DNA of 62,741 nucleotides, counting the filler, from Rhabdomonas costata (Eukaryota): NCBI GenBank assembly GCA_019059605.1. It is 45 parts of 45 records of this genome, joined end to end, with 100 filler letters (N's around TTAATTAATTAA, not from the genome) between each part and the next. Parts side by side here need not be neighbours in the genome. Positions count along the whole stretch, not along the records: positions 36,315 to 37,604 come from JAHMHO010020254.1; positions 37,705 to 39,001 come from JAHMHO010020255.1; positions 39,102 to 40,396 come from JAHMHO010020256.1; positions 40,497 to 41,795 come from JAHMHO010020257.1; positions 41,896 to 43,192 come from JAHMHO010020258.1; positions 43,293 to 44,589 come from JAHMHO010020259.1; positions 44,690 to 45,985 come from JAHMHO010020260.1; positions 46,086 to 47,382 come from JAHMHO010020261.1; 37 more parts are not named here. One strand, given 5' to 3'. This document shows positions 37,601-50,344 of the stretch, piece after piece (position 1 is the stretch's first letter; every line of letters begins with the position of its first letter). The notes under the pieces are model-generated. The model was not told the origin of the DNA. It saw only the letters and a list, made by a program, of their open reading frames with translations, and searched no databases. The position numbers and the translations under genes were made by a program.

Positions 37601-39333
37601 AACANNNNNNNNNNNNNNNNNNNNNNNNNNNNNNNNNNNNNNNNNNNNTTAATTAATTAANNNNNNNNNNNNNNNNNNNNNNNNNNNNNNNNNNNNNNNN
37701 NNNNGGTTTTGGTGTCTCACTTTCAGTTGTGCAAAATTTCAAGAAAAACGGCGAGACGGAGACAGAAGCATAGGATGGAAAGAGCAGACACACCGGACGA
37801 AGTGACGTACGTGTACCCAGCAGGGGTAGTCGTCGTCGTCCCTGTTGCCCCCTCTGAGGACATTTTGGTGGTAGTTTTGGAAGAAAGGAGAAAAGGAGTT
37901 TTACCAGGCCTGTGAACAAAAAAGAGCAAGGGGCGTCGGGAACCGGGGGTTGTCGCGACAGAATCATTTGGTGTGGTTAGTCCGTTTATTTGGTTTGTGG
38001 TTTTCTCTGGGACAAAACACGACACACGGGAAACACAAGCAAACAAAGGACCTCCGCTGGTGCCCGAAGTTCACTGACTGCTTCACGCTTTATTAAACTC
38101 TGTGCGACCCCCCAGGATTTCGAAAGGAAAGGGATTTTTCGTCACAAACCTAATTTGGTCCACCGAGCGTTCCAAAAAATCAGTCAGTTTGGTACTGAAC
38201 TTCCAAGACTTCGTGCTGCGCTTGTCCGTTTAAAAGAAAAAGACAGCGCAAAAACGTGAACTTTCGTCTCGTGGGTGCAGTTCATCAGTTTTTTTCAGAC
38301 ACGTGCAAAGCAACCCCCCCCCCCCTTTGTCCCCGCCTTTCAGCACATGACGTTGCCGTTGTTACCATTCGCTCGTGAGTAGGTCTCCTTGCTTGTTTTC
38401 ACTTTGTCTCCCAACTTTGTGATTTGCGCTTCCTGTGTTTCGGTTTTGTTCAAGTGAGGAAAAGAGGCACGACTGTAGCGTAGTGTTTTAGGATTTATAC
38501 TATAGGGATGTCTGTCTGTGTGTGGGGTTAGGTAAACATTCCCAGGTTCCCCCCTAGGACAGGTTCTTTTAGAAGCAGGGGGTCAGACCCCAAGACGAAA
38601 CCCCAAGGCGAAGCACAGGAGGGGGCGGAGCCCCCCTGGCATACTTGCGCCTTCCAAGACGGTAAATCACTGAGGTTATTATGTGCAATAGGAATGCCGA
38701 AAAACGCGTTCTTGTGCAGATTTGAGCCCCGAGGAAAACCCCAGTCACCCACAAAACGCGTTCTCAAATTAAAAGCCGACTCAATGAATGTCCAAACAGA
38801 CAGAAACTGCGGATTTCTGCAAATGAGCAACAATTATTGTGGCAGCAACACAAGGCACAACAACAGCGGCATTGGAAAAAAAGGACAAGGCAGGGAGGGA
38901 GAGGGGAAGAGAAATGTTTTGGGAGAAAAGGGAAGTATTCGATTACCTGCAGGGCATGCCCCCACAAACCAATGCCAATAGGGGTGCCAATAGCACCAAC
39001 CNNNNNNNNNNNNNNNNNNNNNNNNNNNNNNNNNNNNNNNNNNNNTTAATTAATTAANNNNNNNNNNNNNNNNNNNNNNNNNNNNNNNNNNNNNNNNNNN
39101 NTGTGGTGGGTTCCTTCGTTCGCCCAGTGGAGCGCTAGTCGAGGGCCTGCCCCTTTCGGCCCTCTGCACTGTTTCTTGTGTTGCCAAAAATGCGCAGCTG
39201 GGTTTAGGGTTGTGGTTTGCTGTGTTCGGGACACCGTGCAGGATGGCCAGTGTCTGTCGGTCTCTTTGTCCATATGTTCTTCTCATAGTGTTTCCTTCTG
39301 TATATGTTGTGCTGTGCCATGTTGGATGCATAG

Positions 39334-40208
39334 CGAACCCGATGTTCCCCTGCCTGAACGTCAGCTGCCCGGAGGGCCACCAGCGCAAGCCGGTGAACGC
39401 CTCCATGTGCCCCGTCAACCGGAGCTGTACTCTTGAGGACTGCTGTCTCGTCGGTGCTGTTGCGTCTTCTCTCCTTTCTGACAGCCTCGTTCTGGGTATT
39501 AATCTCTCACTCACTCACTTGTTCTACTTCAGAGTGCGAATTGCAGTTCTTGTAATGATGGGAATATGGATTACTGAATCCTCTACACAATCCTTGTCCC
39601 TCCTCACCACTCAGGCGAGGAACAAGGGGTACAGCTAAGCGCTGAGTCTGGGCAACCTTTGCCCGTTGCAGAAGCTTCGAGTGGTGGGCAAATACCTCGA
39701 CCTTATGGTGCTTTCAAGAATTTCAGAAAGGGAAATGATCTGGCTTGCTGTAGTTGGGCCGATTGACAGTAAGCGTAATTATATCTTCCTTCGACCAAAA
39801 GAAAAGATTTCAAGGTTGCTGCAACCTGGAACGAAACTTGCTGAAGAGATTATGTCCTCTAATTACCTCTATTTTTTGTTTACACTTCTAGTATTGTGCA
39901 GCACCTCAGTGTTTCCGGTGTATGTTACACTAACCCCTTAACGGAAGGCTGAAGCCTGCAGTGTGGGGATGTGTGGGGTTTGAGCCTACGTTGCGGATCC
40001 TTGTCCTGCAAGTCCGTGACGTGCGTTGCACTTGGTCTGCTGTTATTCGCTCTCCCTGAGCTTTTTTCCGTCTTTTGCCGTGCAGAGAGCAGGAACTGCA
40101 GTGCCTGGTTTGCCCTGGGCCACCAGTGCCCAGCCGCGTCTTCGCCCATTACCTCCCCTGCTCCTCTGTGCGTCACTGGAGCCTGTACGGCCTTGGACTG
40201 CTGCATTG
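39334..40208 (+). CDS. Cys-rich repeat (probably extracellular) protein, two exons (39334-39453, 40086-40208)
   Basis: Each exon holds one 6-Cys module ending CTxxDCC; lengths 120 and 123 nt, both phase 1-1. Confidence 0.75.
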
Positions 40209-40741
40209 GTACATCAGAGGAAAAGTCCCCCCTTCCGAAAGTCGACTGCACTGCACTCCTCAGCCCAACACGTGTTCCATTATTTTTATTCGAGATTGCA
40301 TCGCTTCTGCCCGGTTCTGTTGATGTGTGTGTGTTTTAAGCTGACCACAGACAGAGACCTTAAATGATAAAGCTGCTGCGCGACAAAAACCCGCGCNNNN
40401 NNNNNNNNNNNNNNNNNNNNNNNNNNNNNNNNNNNNNNNNTTAATTAATTAANNNNNNNNNNNNNNNNNNNNNNNNNNNNNNNNNNNNNNNNNNNNGTTT
40501 GTGGGGCTTTCCTTTCGGTCCAGCAACGATTTGGAGCGTTGCGTGCGGCCAGCTTTCCTTAGGGTTTGCATCATGACAAAGTCCAACAACGTTGCCAAAT
40601 CAAAAAAAAGAATGCACAACACATCCAAGCAAAGTGGACCTCCAGGCTCCCTCCTCCTCCCCTGTGCGATTCATTGAGTATTTCTCTGTTTAGTCCCAGT
40701 TTTGAATTATGTATGTTCAAACACACCTTCAAAAAAAAAAG

Positions 40742-41424
40742 GCGGCCGACGAGTGCCGAGCACTGTGCAAGCAGTCAGGGGGGTGGGCTGCGCTGCTGAA
40801 CCTATGGGGTGCCGCGGTAGCCGTGGTCAGCCCCGACATTGGGCAGTTGTGGCCACGGGTTCGGCAACTCGTGGAGAAAGTGCGGGGCCCGCAGCCACCA
40901 TCTTCTGCTACTCCATCCAGTGCGTCGGGCGACTGCACTCGGGTCGACCACCTTCCCTTTTCCCTTCCCTTCGAGCAAGTACCCAAGTAGTCTAACCTCC
41001 AGACCTGCTGATCGGGTGTGTGCAGTGGGCACTTTCGTGCTGCAAAGTGGGTATCACACCAACGGAACGTTACCGGTACTAGTACTACCGGAGTGAGGTG
41101 AGTGGCGTCGTCTTTTCCTCTCTGTCCCCCATTGTTTGAAACAGGAAAGTTTGGAACGTTTCTTGATGTATGTATGGATGCTATTGACCGAAATAGACTT
41201 TGGGAGATTATGGGAGATCATTTCTTATCTCGTATTTTCATGCGTCACATTCCCCAATGTTGCGCGCCTTTCAGGGCCAGATGACGATCTTTGGGCGAGG
41301 AAGCGAGAGCACTGCCTTTGAGGTCCTTGTGAAGGGCTTCTCCGTGCTAGGGGCGGAGGCATGGGTGTGCGTGACCGTCAGCGTGCGCTCGCCGTCGGTT
41401 GTGTTCCCCGCGGTGGTGAGCGAG
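40742..41424 (+). CDS. Hypothetical protein, two probable exons (about 40742-40879, 41275-41424)
   Basis: GC-rich open segments with AG/GT boundaries; no family recognised. Confidence 0.45.
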
Positions 41425-42656
41425 GTCGCACCGGTGTGCTCCACTCTCTTCACTGAGCCCTCCTGAGTCCTAACATAACGACCACTGATGCAAAACAGGG
41501 GCTCGCTGTACCCCCTCACCCGCCCTATTTTTTATTGGCGCTGCCTTTGGCAACTTCGCCCCTCGGTTTCCCTGCAAAAGCCTCTGGCTCGCAAACCACA
41601 TTGGAAGTACCTAATTGTCGCCTCCAAAAAATGGACGCCCCCAAAAAAAACATGCGTCTTTCCGAAGCAAGCCAGTAATTCATCAATGTCCGGAAATCTG
41701 GGAGAGTTCTGTGAGACTTTTGTGAACGCTGTCGGCTTTAATGGAAGTGGAACGGGTCGTGCCTCACTTTTCTGCCGACAGCGTTCACAAAAACCNNNNN
41801 NNNNNNNNNNNNNNNNNNNNNNNNNNNNNNNNNNNNNNNTTAATTAATTAANNNNNNNNNNNNNNNNNNNNNNNNNNNNNNNNNNNNNNNNNNNNGTTGG
41901 GTCTGCAGATGAGAAGGAAGCGTCAGAAAAGTCCGTAGAGTCACAAAAAGAGAGGGACGCGGGAAGAACAAGTGGAGGAGGGTTCCACAAAGCCCAGACC
42001 CCCACAAGACAAGGGCACGGGCGAAGGACTCGGGTGGGAGAGAGCAACCCAAAATGCCCATGGATGGAAGTGCGCATTTGGCTCGCTAGCCAGTGTGTGT
42101 TTGTGTGTGTGTGTGTGTGTGGAAGATGGTAAAGCGACGGGGTAGCCCAGAAGGGTTGGTGCGGTACTCGGACCCTAAAGTTGGAGACTCTGAGATTTCT
42201 GCAGCAGCAGGGCTACCGGACGCACCGTTGGTACCGCGCCTTGCGAGCTGATTCGGCAGGGAGAGCCGACAAACAAAGGCGGGTAAACTGAGTAGATGCT
42301 CCCTCCGTGAGGCGGTGACTGTGAGTAGTAGTCGTAGGAGCTTGTTAGGCGGTCGGGCGGGTAGGGTAACGTGTGAGGACCGGGGACAGAAACCGGCCTC
42401 ACGTGACGCTTTGCTCCAATGTCACATGCAGGTTTTTTTCTGCTGAAGACGTCCCCTTGCTCTTTGTTTCGGGTGAGACGAAAGAACAACCACCACAGAA
42501 AAAGTGCCGTGCGCGCTGAGCCGGAAGTGAAGGAAGCGATTGCCTTGCGTAATTTTAACGAGGGCATTAGCCGCGCCAATTTAGTGTAAGTTTACGGTAA
42601 ACTGAGTGTTATTTGTTTGTTGTGTACACGCAAACGCTCCTCTCTTTTACTCACAG

Positions 42657-42760
42657 GAATACGTCAAAGTGTTGATTTGCAACAAGAAAACAAAGGAGCA
42701 GGTCCAGCAGGACTTGGTGTCTTTTCTGGAAGAAGCCGGTGCGAAGACTTTTTCCGACTG
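42657..42760 (+). CDS. PWI-like domain exon (Nab2/ZC3H14 N-terminal type)
   Basis: EYVKVLICNKKTKEQVQQDLVSFL...FSDW resembles DYIMVMVANKKSQDQMTEDLSLFL...FTVW. Confidence 0.72.
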
Positions 42761-43617
42761 GTGCGTACCTTGTCTTGAAGCACTGCCTGTTGGAAAGCAA
42801 TCGTGACAAACTTTCTCTCTCTTTTGGTCCTCTCCACCAGTCCAGTGTTGTATTTTGCGCTTCAACAATGTGACAGCTCGACAGCTCCCTTTCCGGATCA
42901 CCTCTTCCCAGCCCAATTTGAAATTTGCTCCTTTTTTCACCGGGTTGTGTGTGTGTGTGTGTCTGCTTACGTGTGGTGTGACTGGTCTGACCGGGAAGAA
43001 GATTACCACACCTGTCCGTCACGTCCCAGGGAAAGGTTACCTCCTAGCGTCGTTCGTTTCGCAGGTTGTGGGAGTACCTTGACGGGTTGAAGGATGATCT
43101 TTCTTCTCGTCCTGTCAGCTCAGCACCACCACAAGAAGTATTATCATTTGTACTTTGTGGGGAAATGGTTAAAAACCTGCTGTGTTGAAACANNNNNNNN
43201 NNNNNNNNNNNNNNNNNNNNNNNNNNNNNNNNNNNNTTAATTAATTAANNNNNNNNNNNNNNNNNNNNNNNNNNNNNNNNNNNNNNNNNNNNGGTGGTGT
43301 GGAGATCCGAGCAGCAATGGAGCAATGCTGATAGCCGCTGGACAAGAGCAGCTGCGCGACAATGGCCCCGAGACCCGTGGGGCAGAAGGGGGGTTACCAG
43401 ATGTGGAACGTTCGGCGGAGAGCCTGTTCCGGTTCCCCACGGCACCGTTCGCTTCAACGGCACTTCTCGCGAGCACCCGTGGCTAACAGCGCTTGCGCCA
43501 GTCAGTCCACAGTGGTCACCAAGTTAACCAGGCAACAGGCTTCTCATTGTTTGGGAGTTGTTCCTGTTCTTTTGGTTGGAACATTGTGGCTTTCTTTCTG
43601 TGCTGTTGTCCTCCAAG

Positions 43618-44406
43618 GCGCTAGTGTACAACTTGCCCAACGCGACCGCCAGGCTTGTGCTCTCCAAGGAGGCGCTGGTGCAGATCTGGACAGGTCCCGT
43701 CCCGCTACTTCCTCTTCCTCTTTGAAATGGAGGAGATTGATGCTTTTTTGCTTCACGTAGAGGTAAATCTCACGGCAAGAATGCGTGAATTGAGCTGCAG
43801 TGCATTGGTATGTGCGTTCAGCATTTGATGAAGGGGATATACCTTAATCAAGGGATAAGGTCGTACGGGTTGTGTTTGTTGTCTCTTCATTACGCACGTC
43901 TTATCATTCGAGCCACTTGATTTTTTTTTACGGCGGAAAGCCTGCGAACTGATAGAAGGCTGAAGACAAGCTTGACATGTTTTCTTAAATGGTCCGCGTT
44001 GGATCATGTTGGACCACTTTTCGCCCTGGACTTTCTGTTGGAGGATGTATGCTATTTTTCCTTATCCATCCCAATTGCGATTTTTCCCAACACAAATTTT
44101 TTATACTTGTGAGGTGTTTTCCGCGTTATCTCACAAGAAAGGTGACGTGAGAATAATAATCAACGAAGAACGAAGGCACAAACGAAAGAACGGCCTATCG
44201 TTTGTCGATATTTTCCCGTGCATTTTTCAGCCCCTCAACAGAAAATGCCCGATTCAGACTGCACTTTGTGCCTTATTGAGGTCGTGCCTTTTTTGTGCAC
44301 TTGTTTTTGTTCAGGAGAGATCTCCACCTGGTCTGACCCTGCTCTGGTGAGCCTGAATCCTTCCCTGAGTCTGCCCAACACGCCGATTACCCTTGTGGTG
44401 AAGAAG
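43618..44406 (+). CDS. PstS-like phosphate-binding domain, two exons (43618-43693, 44315-44406)
   Basis: ALVYNLPNATARLVLSKEALVQIWT|GEISTWSDPALVSLNPSLSLPNTPITLVV matches PstS YNLPG...L.L....L..I..GKITKWNDPAI..LNP...LP...I.VV. Confidence 0.85.
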
Positions 44407-44874
44407 GTGTGCTTGGGTGTACTTTTGCAACTTGGGCCCCCTTTCCAAGGCGCCGCGTGCGACCATGTGGAACCACAAATATGGGGGTTCGACGTTGGGG
44501 GCGGGGCGGCACTTGGCGGGCGATTTTAATTCACATGGATGTATGCTGTACACCGACACGTTGATGCCGGGCACCCCCTCCACCACCCCNNNNNNNNNNN
44601 NNNNNNNNNNNNNNNNNNNNNNNNNNNNNNNNNTTAATTAATTAANNNNNNNNNNNNNNNNNNNNNNNNNNNNNNNNNNNNNNNNNNNNAAAATAACAGA
44701 TTCGGAAAGTGAAACCGATGACTGAACCCCTAGTACAGAAGACAAAATATTTTCCAGGTGGTTCGTCCCGATTCGTGGGCACTCCTTTGGCATGTCCTGT
44801 GAAATACGGTTCCAAACCAAGGAAAACGCAGGCATCCCCCAGCAAACCCAGATTTGGCGCAAAGCAGAGCACAC

Positions 44875-45057
44875 CAGGGACACAGACCCCGGTCTGAACC
44901 CACCTACCGCTGGAGCAAGTCAGATGGCCCCCACAACAGGACCCCGTGGTGCACCTGAAGCTGCAGTCGCCATTCTCGGGCACTTGCTTAAACGGGACGC
45001 AAGAGGTATAGTACGCGTTCTCCGGTGGAGGGGGGGCAAGGGCAGTGCACCAGTACC
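44875..45057 (-). CDS. Sushi/CCP-like Cys module exon
   Basis: C...PPENA...CSFRC...LTCSSGRW...C; 183 nt, phase 1-1. Confidence 0.6.
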
Positions 45058-46085
45058 CTGAGCACAGACAGCGCGCGCGAGAGAGAAAGAGAAGGCAGTA
45101 GTGCATAAGGACCCTGCATCACAAAGTCAAGGGTACCTCAAAAATTGGAATAAAGGCAAAACAGGTTTGGTTTGTCCAGCGGATGGGAATAGAGACAGAG
45201 AGAGATGCCAGAGGAGCTGCATCTACACCTGCTTTGTGGGGACTATTGTATTGGGGGGGGGGCGATAAACATTCATTACTGCCAACGTTCAGCAGTAATA
45301 ACTGTTCGGTCACAACGCAAGGGCGATGAACGGTGCCCAGGAGATGGCGATACAAAAGGGAAACAATAAATTCAGGTGCGAAGGCCAGCGCCGCGCAGAG
45401 TCCAGTCCGGGGTGGGCGATGCTCCATTTAGCACGGGTAAACGTTTAGCGGTGCAAAAAGTCCCAATAGCGGGGAGGGAGGGAAATATGAAAGAAAAATA
45501 TCCCCAAAAAGGCAAAAAAAAATAGACAAAATTTAAAAATTCGAAATAGCATCTGTGTTATCAATCCCGTCCCCCTATCCCGCAAATACACAATGTTGAG
45601 ATGGGGGTACGGTGTGTGCGCAGTGTTTGTCCAGCATTGACCCACGAGGGGAGTTATTAGCGAAATGGGGCTTAGGCTCATTTTTTCTCTCCCCAAGACA
45701 GACTATTTTATTTGATGGGGGTTTGTAAATTTATGACAGTATAGTAGTGGTAACCGTTTAACGTCCCCCGTCCCCCATACAAGAGGCCCGCTTTGTCCAC
45801 AGTTCCACCTCCCCGACCACTTCTTTTCAAAAAGACAGGTGCTGTACTGAACCAATTGGCGAAGTCCCCGCTGACGTGTACAACTTAATGACAATCCTAA
45901 TTGCCGCCAGCCGCCCGAGGCCGGCTTCCCTTAATAGCAATGCCATCCAAAGGGCGCATTGCACAGCAGCGCACCCACCAACCCCNNNNNNNNNNNNNNN
46001 NNNNNNNNNNNNNNNNNNNNNNNNNNNNNTTAATTAATTAANNNNNNNNNNNNNNNNNNNNNNNNNNNNNNNNNNNNNNNNNNNN

Positions 46086-46193
46086 GGGGATTTATGGATA
46101 ACAAGAAAACCTTTTCCCATTTACAACGACCTGACCAGAGGTCTGAAGGTAGTTGTAAATGGGAAAAGGTTTTCTTGTTATCCATAAATCCCC
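46086..46193. repeat. Perfect 42-bp inverted repeat at contig start, 24-nt loop
   Basis: 46086-46127 is the exact reverse complement of 46152-46193. Confidence 0.92.
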
Positions 46194-47739
46194 TCTTAAG
46201 TCCAAAACGGTCACTTTTGATACCGCCTTCCAACTTTCACTTCTTAAGGAGGCACGGGCAATATAACTGATTCACCGCTCCTGTTTGGGCATCAGCATCC
46301 CCATACAGCTTTGATGTTCGGGCGTGTGTGCTAGCGCACATCCCCTTCCATCTCTGCGGCTAGGCGCTGGGAAGAAGAGAACGAAGAGAACAACGGTACC
46401 GGGGATTGGGAGTTTGCACCAGAGTCCGCTGAGGACGGCTGAGTTGGCAGCTCTGCAGAGGTCAGATGAAGGGTAGACGACGGCATCTCCGACAAGGAAG
46501 CCATTGCTCTGTGCCTAGTGCACACGGGGTGGTTGTACAAAAAACAGGAAAATAAATGAAAATGGAGTTCAACACAAAAGAGAGTGGTGAGGAACAATGA
46601 GGAATACAGAAAAGAAAGACAGAAAAGAAAGACAGAGAGTAGAATGGAGAGGAGTGGGAGAGTAGGAGCACAATGGTGCACAAAAAACAACGGGAAAACG
46701 AGCAGAAGACTGGTGAGCGAGGTGCCGCGTATAAACAGGGGCGAGCTCCATACGACTCCATAGACTCCATAGGACTGGCTTGGAACGGTGTTCTGCGCAC
46801 TGTCTGTGCAGTGTGTGCGCATCGCCGTTTTTATGCTGGTGGGGTCCAAAGTGTCGGACTGGAGAGAGAAGACACCAATCCCTAATGTCGTGTTTGACAA
46901 GTGTGAAATGCTGTGTGACATGGCTTTCCATTTGGGGCACGACAGGAAACGCCACGACGATAAGGGGGAAGCCCGGGGCGCAATGCCTTCCCACGACAAC
47001 ACAGAGGCCCCCGCAAAGCGAAACCTCCACGGCACCTCTGCCACTTCTGTGGGACCCTGGGATGGTGGGACAAACACCCGGTACGGGACTGACAGCCTCC
47101 GCTCCAAACCTCCATTCTTGTGACGTCTTTCCGAAGAGTCGTGCGGCATACGAGCTTCAGGAGTGCCCTACTGTACACACGTTAAGGGTAGCGGCGAAAA
47201 AGCAAAGCAGTGCCAGAGATTGTCAAAGGTTGCAAAAAGGACGCAACTTCCACGCGTCGCCAACTGAAAAATAGACTTACATCTCATCGCTCTCAAATGT
47301 AGGACACATCCATTGCCACATTCACATCCCCTTCACCTAAAACTGCAACCGTCTCATTTTGTGACTGAACTGACCGCCAAAANNNNNNNNNNNNNNNNNN
47401 NNNNNNNNNNNNNNNNNNNNNNNNNNTTAATTAATTAANNNNNNNNNNNNNNNNNNNNNNNNNNNNNNNNNNNNNNNNNNNNCTGTCTCTGGAACCTTAC
47501 CAATTGTCGTGGTATTATCGCAAACGTGGAGTGTGTAGGATTCAGAACATTACTTCTGCACAACACCTCGCCCTATTTGCTAGGTGGTATCTGTAATGTG
47601 AAAAAAACGTCCAAAAGAGGCTCAAAAGCCAACAATTACCCATTTATCTTCCTATTTAGAATGCACTTTAACACCACTTCTAAAAAACCCAAACAAGAGC
47701 CAAAATGCCCCAAACCAAACGAGGCAAAAAGAAAGATCA

Positions 47740-48770
47740 TAAACGCAAGTGTCGTAGAAGTGAATCGTTTGATTGAGCTGCTGTTGGGAGGCTACATATG
47801 AAATGTTTGGAGGCCGGGATCATTGCACCCACCGCTCCCATGCAGGTGCGCATGGGCTGATGGAGAATGTACGTCCTCGAGGCCAGATGAATTGTGTAAG
47901 TAATGTAGGAAACATAAGAATTCCATTGGATGTGTGTGATGTGCAGTTCGAACTCCGTAAAGCGATGAAGCCATCGTATCTGACTTTGACTGGGCTTTGG
48001 CATGGTCAGCCGGTGCTTCAAAAAAGTGTCGTCTGTGTGGAAGTCAACATTTGCTCCATGCAGGTAGTGTTATGTAGCGCAGCTCTTTTTGTGCATTAAG
48101 TTTTCTACTAGTTTCTACTAGCTTGCGACTGGTGAAGGTGATTAGTATGGACTGTTTGTCGTAATTCAGACAAAGCATGGCACCTGCGTGTACAAGAGGC
48201 ATCTTTGTACAGGACGAACGGCTTCTTGAGATTAGGGTCAGCATTAAAGACGTTCTTCAGCGTGATATTTAAGGTCGACAAAAGCCTTCCGTTTAGTCGG
48301 CACCAAACCCACTTGGACTTTTTATTGCGCATGTATGTCAGTGGACACAATAGATATAATCCTACGAGACCAGGTAATCTCCGAACTTTCTTCGATGATA
48401 TGTGTTTCGGCCATGCAGCAATGGTCTGCAGATTTTGATGAACTTGCATGACAACATTGTGCAAGACAATTGACACGATAAACTCAATCTCGGGTTAGTG
48501 AATGAGAACGTTTCAGCTTTACAAAGAATATGTGTTCACGAAATTGCTCCAAAACTCGGCAAAAGTGCTGCAGATGTTCTTTGAAAACCACACTGTTGTC
48601 CACATACACATACAGGAAGTAGTTCATGTCGTGAAAAACAGAATTCATGGTCAGATGGAATGTCGCGGAGGCGTTCGTTAGCACGAAGTGCATGTTCTAG
48701 TATAAAGCTCCAAATTTGGTCTAGAAAGCAGTCTTCTCACGGTAGAAGTCGGTGATCGCTATCTTTTGAA
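47740..48770 (-). mobile_element. Ty3/gypsy LTR retrotransposon pol pseudogene (RT-RNase H)
   Basis: EKTAF*TKFG, MHFVLTNASATF, YVYVDN, EHLQH..RVLE, IAAWP...VRRLPGLVG, KPFVLYKDAS, with stops and frameshifts. Confidence 0.88.
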
Positions 48771-49376
48771 ACAAAAAANNNNNNNNNNNNNNNNNNNNNN
48801 NNNNNNNNNNNNNNNNNNNNNNTTAATTAATTAANNNNNNNNNNNNNNNNNNNNNNNNNNNNNNNNNNNNNNNNNNNNGGTTGTGGGTGTTCCCTGGGAT
48901 CATAACAGAAGATTGGCAGGAGGAGAGGGGGGGCCTAGCCCCTCGGGTACTGTGAAGGGACTTGTATTTTGATGAGCTTCTCAAGATTTTCACTGCATTT
49001 GAGAGTTTTCCTCTAGTATGTGGCTTTTTTCGCGGATATGCTCGGAAAACTGCTTCCGTAACTGTTCTGTGGCTTTGCTCTGTGGACGCTTAGTTAAGGG
49101 CTCCAAGAAGGGGGGGGTGCCATAAGTATAGTGGTATGGGTGGGGTGTGCTAAGTATAGTTATTCCACCCCTTCACTCCGGCCCTACGCAACCCCGCCCT
49201 TCCCACGCAAGTCAACGAACCTCAAAGACACACGCACCAACAGAACCGTCGTAACGATTGCAATATGGTAATTTAACCGAATGCACAACGTTGAATAACG
49301 GCACCCTCAACTTGCCAGAACCTCCCCCCGGAGCAGCTACCACAAAACAACCGAAGCCACATACACACGAGCACAC

Positions 49377-50174
49377 CTCCAACCGCTTGAACAGCTGTGA
49401 GAGCCACTCCTCCAGCTCGCTCTGGAAGCACTCTCGAAGCTCCGTGAGGGTGGTGTGGCGCTCGAACTCAATGTCCCCGCTGAGCAAAAGAACTCTGGGC
49501 TGGGTCAGTGAGGAGGGCATCCTGCGGTGCGCAAGGTTGCGCCGGAACACCACACCGGAGACGTAATCCACCCTCGGGGGGCCATCCCCAGGCACCGTCT
49601 TGATCTGTGCACCCCCACCCACAACGCACCCAACTGGCCCAGAAGACGGGCACACGGGTACCTTCAACTCCGCGCTAACCACCCTCTTCTCCAAGCTTCC
49701 CTCTGAACCGTGGAAGGTGGTTCACACAACTGTGCGTGGTCTAACGCCCCTTTCACCCCTCAATGTGATTGCTACTCAAATACAGCTTCTGAACAGCTGC
49801 TAGTCACGCTGAGACAAAGAAAACTCTGCAACAACTGCTCAACAACTAGTGAACCCGAGTTGCCTTTGTACAAATGCATCCCCCACCACCTCGTGAACAC
49901 TTGGAAGATTCCTTTGCCCTCTGGCAGACCAGGCACTCACAGGGCACAGTGCGAGCGAGCGCTCCAACTCCAGTGCGTTCCGAAGACAGTCGGCCGAAGA
50001 ATAAAGCGTTTTCACACTTCCGCCCGTAACTGCTGCAAAAGCAAACAGACTCGATACCCGACCCTTCGAACTCAAGGAACACTGATGGAACATCTGAAGC
50101 GCAGAGAAAGGGCAATAAAACAGCGCACACACCTTGACCAGCCTGCGGACGTCCATATCTCCGGCCCCACACCC
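49377..50174 (-). CDS. FAB1: Fab1/PIKfyve PI3P 5-kinase CCT-like domain, two exons (to 50133; 49604-49377)
   Basis: GDMDVRRLVK|IKTVPG...VSGVVFRRNLAHRRM...PRVLLLSGDIEFER. Confidence 0.85.
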
Positions 50175-50344
50175 NNNNNNNNNNNNNNNNNNNNNNNNNN
50201 NNNNNNNNNNNNNNNNNNTTAATTAATTAANNNNNNNNNNNNNNNNNNNNNNNNNNNNNNNNNNNNNNNNNNNNGGTGTGTGTGAGAAGCAATGGGGCGG
50301 ATATGAGAGTGGGGGGCTTGAAGTTGGGGTGTTGTCCCTTGCAG

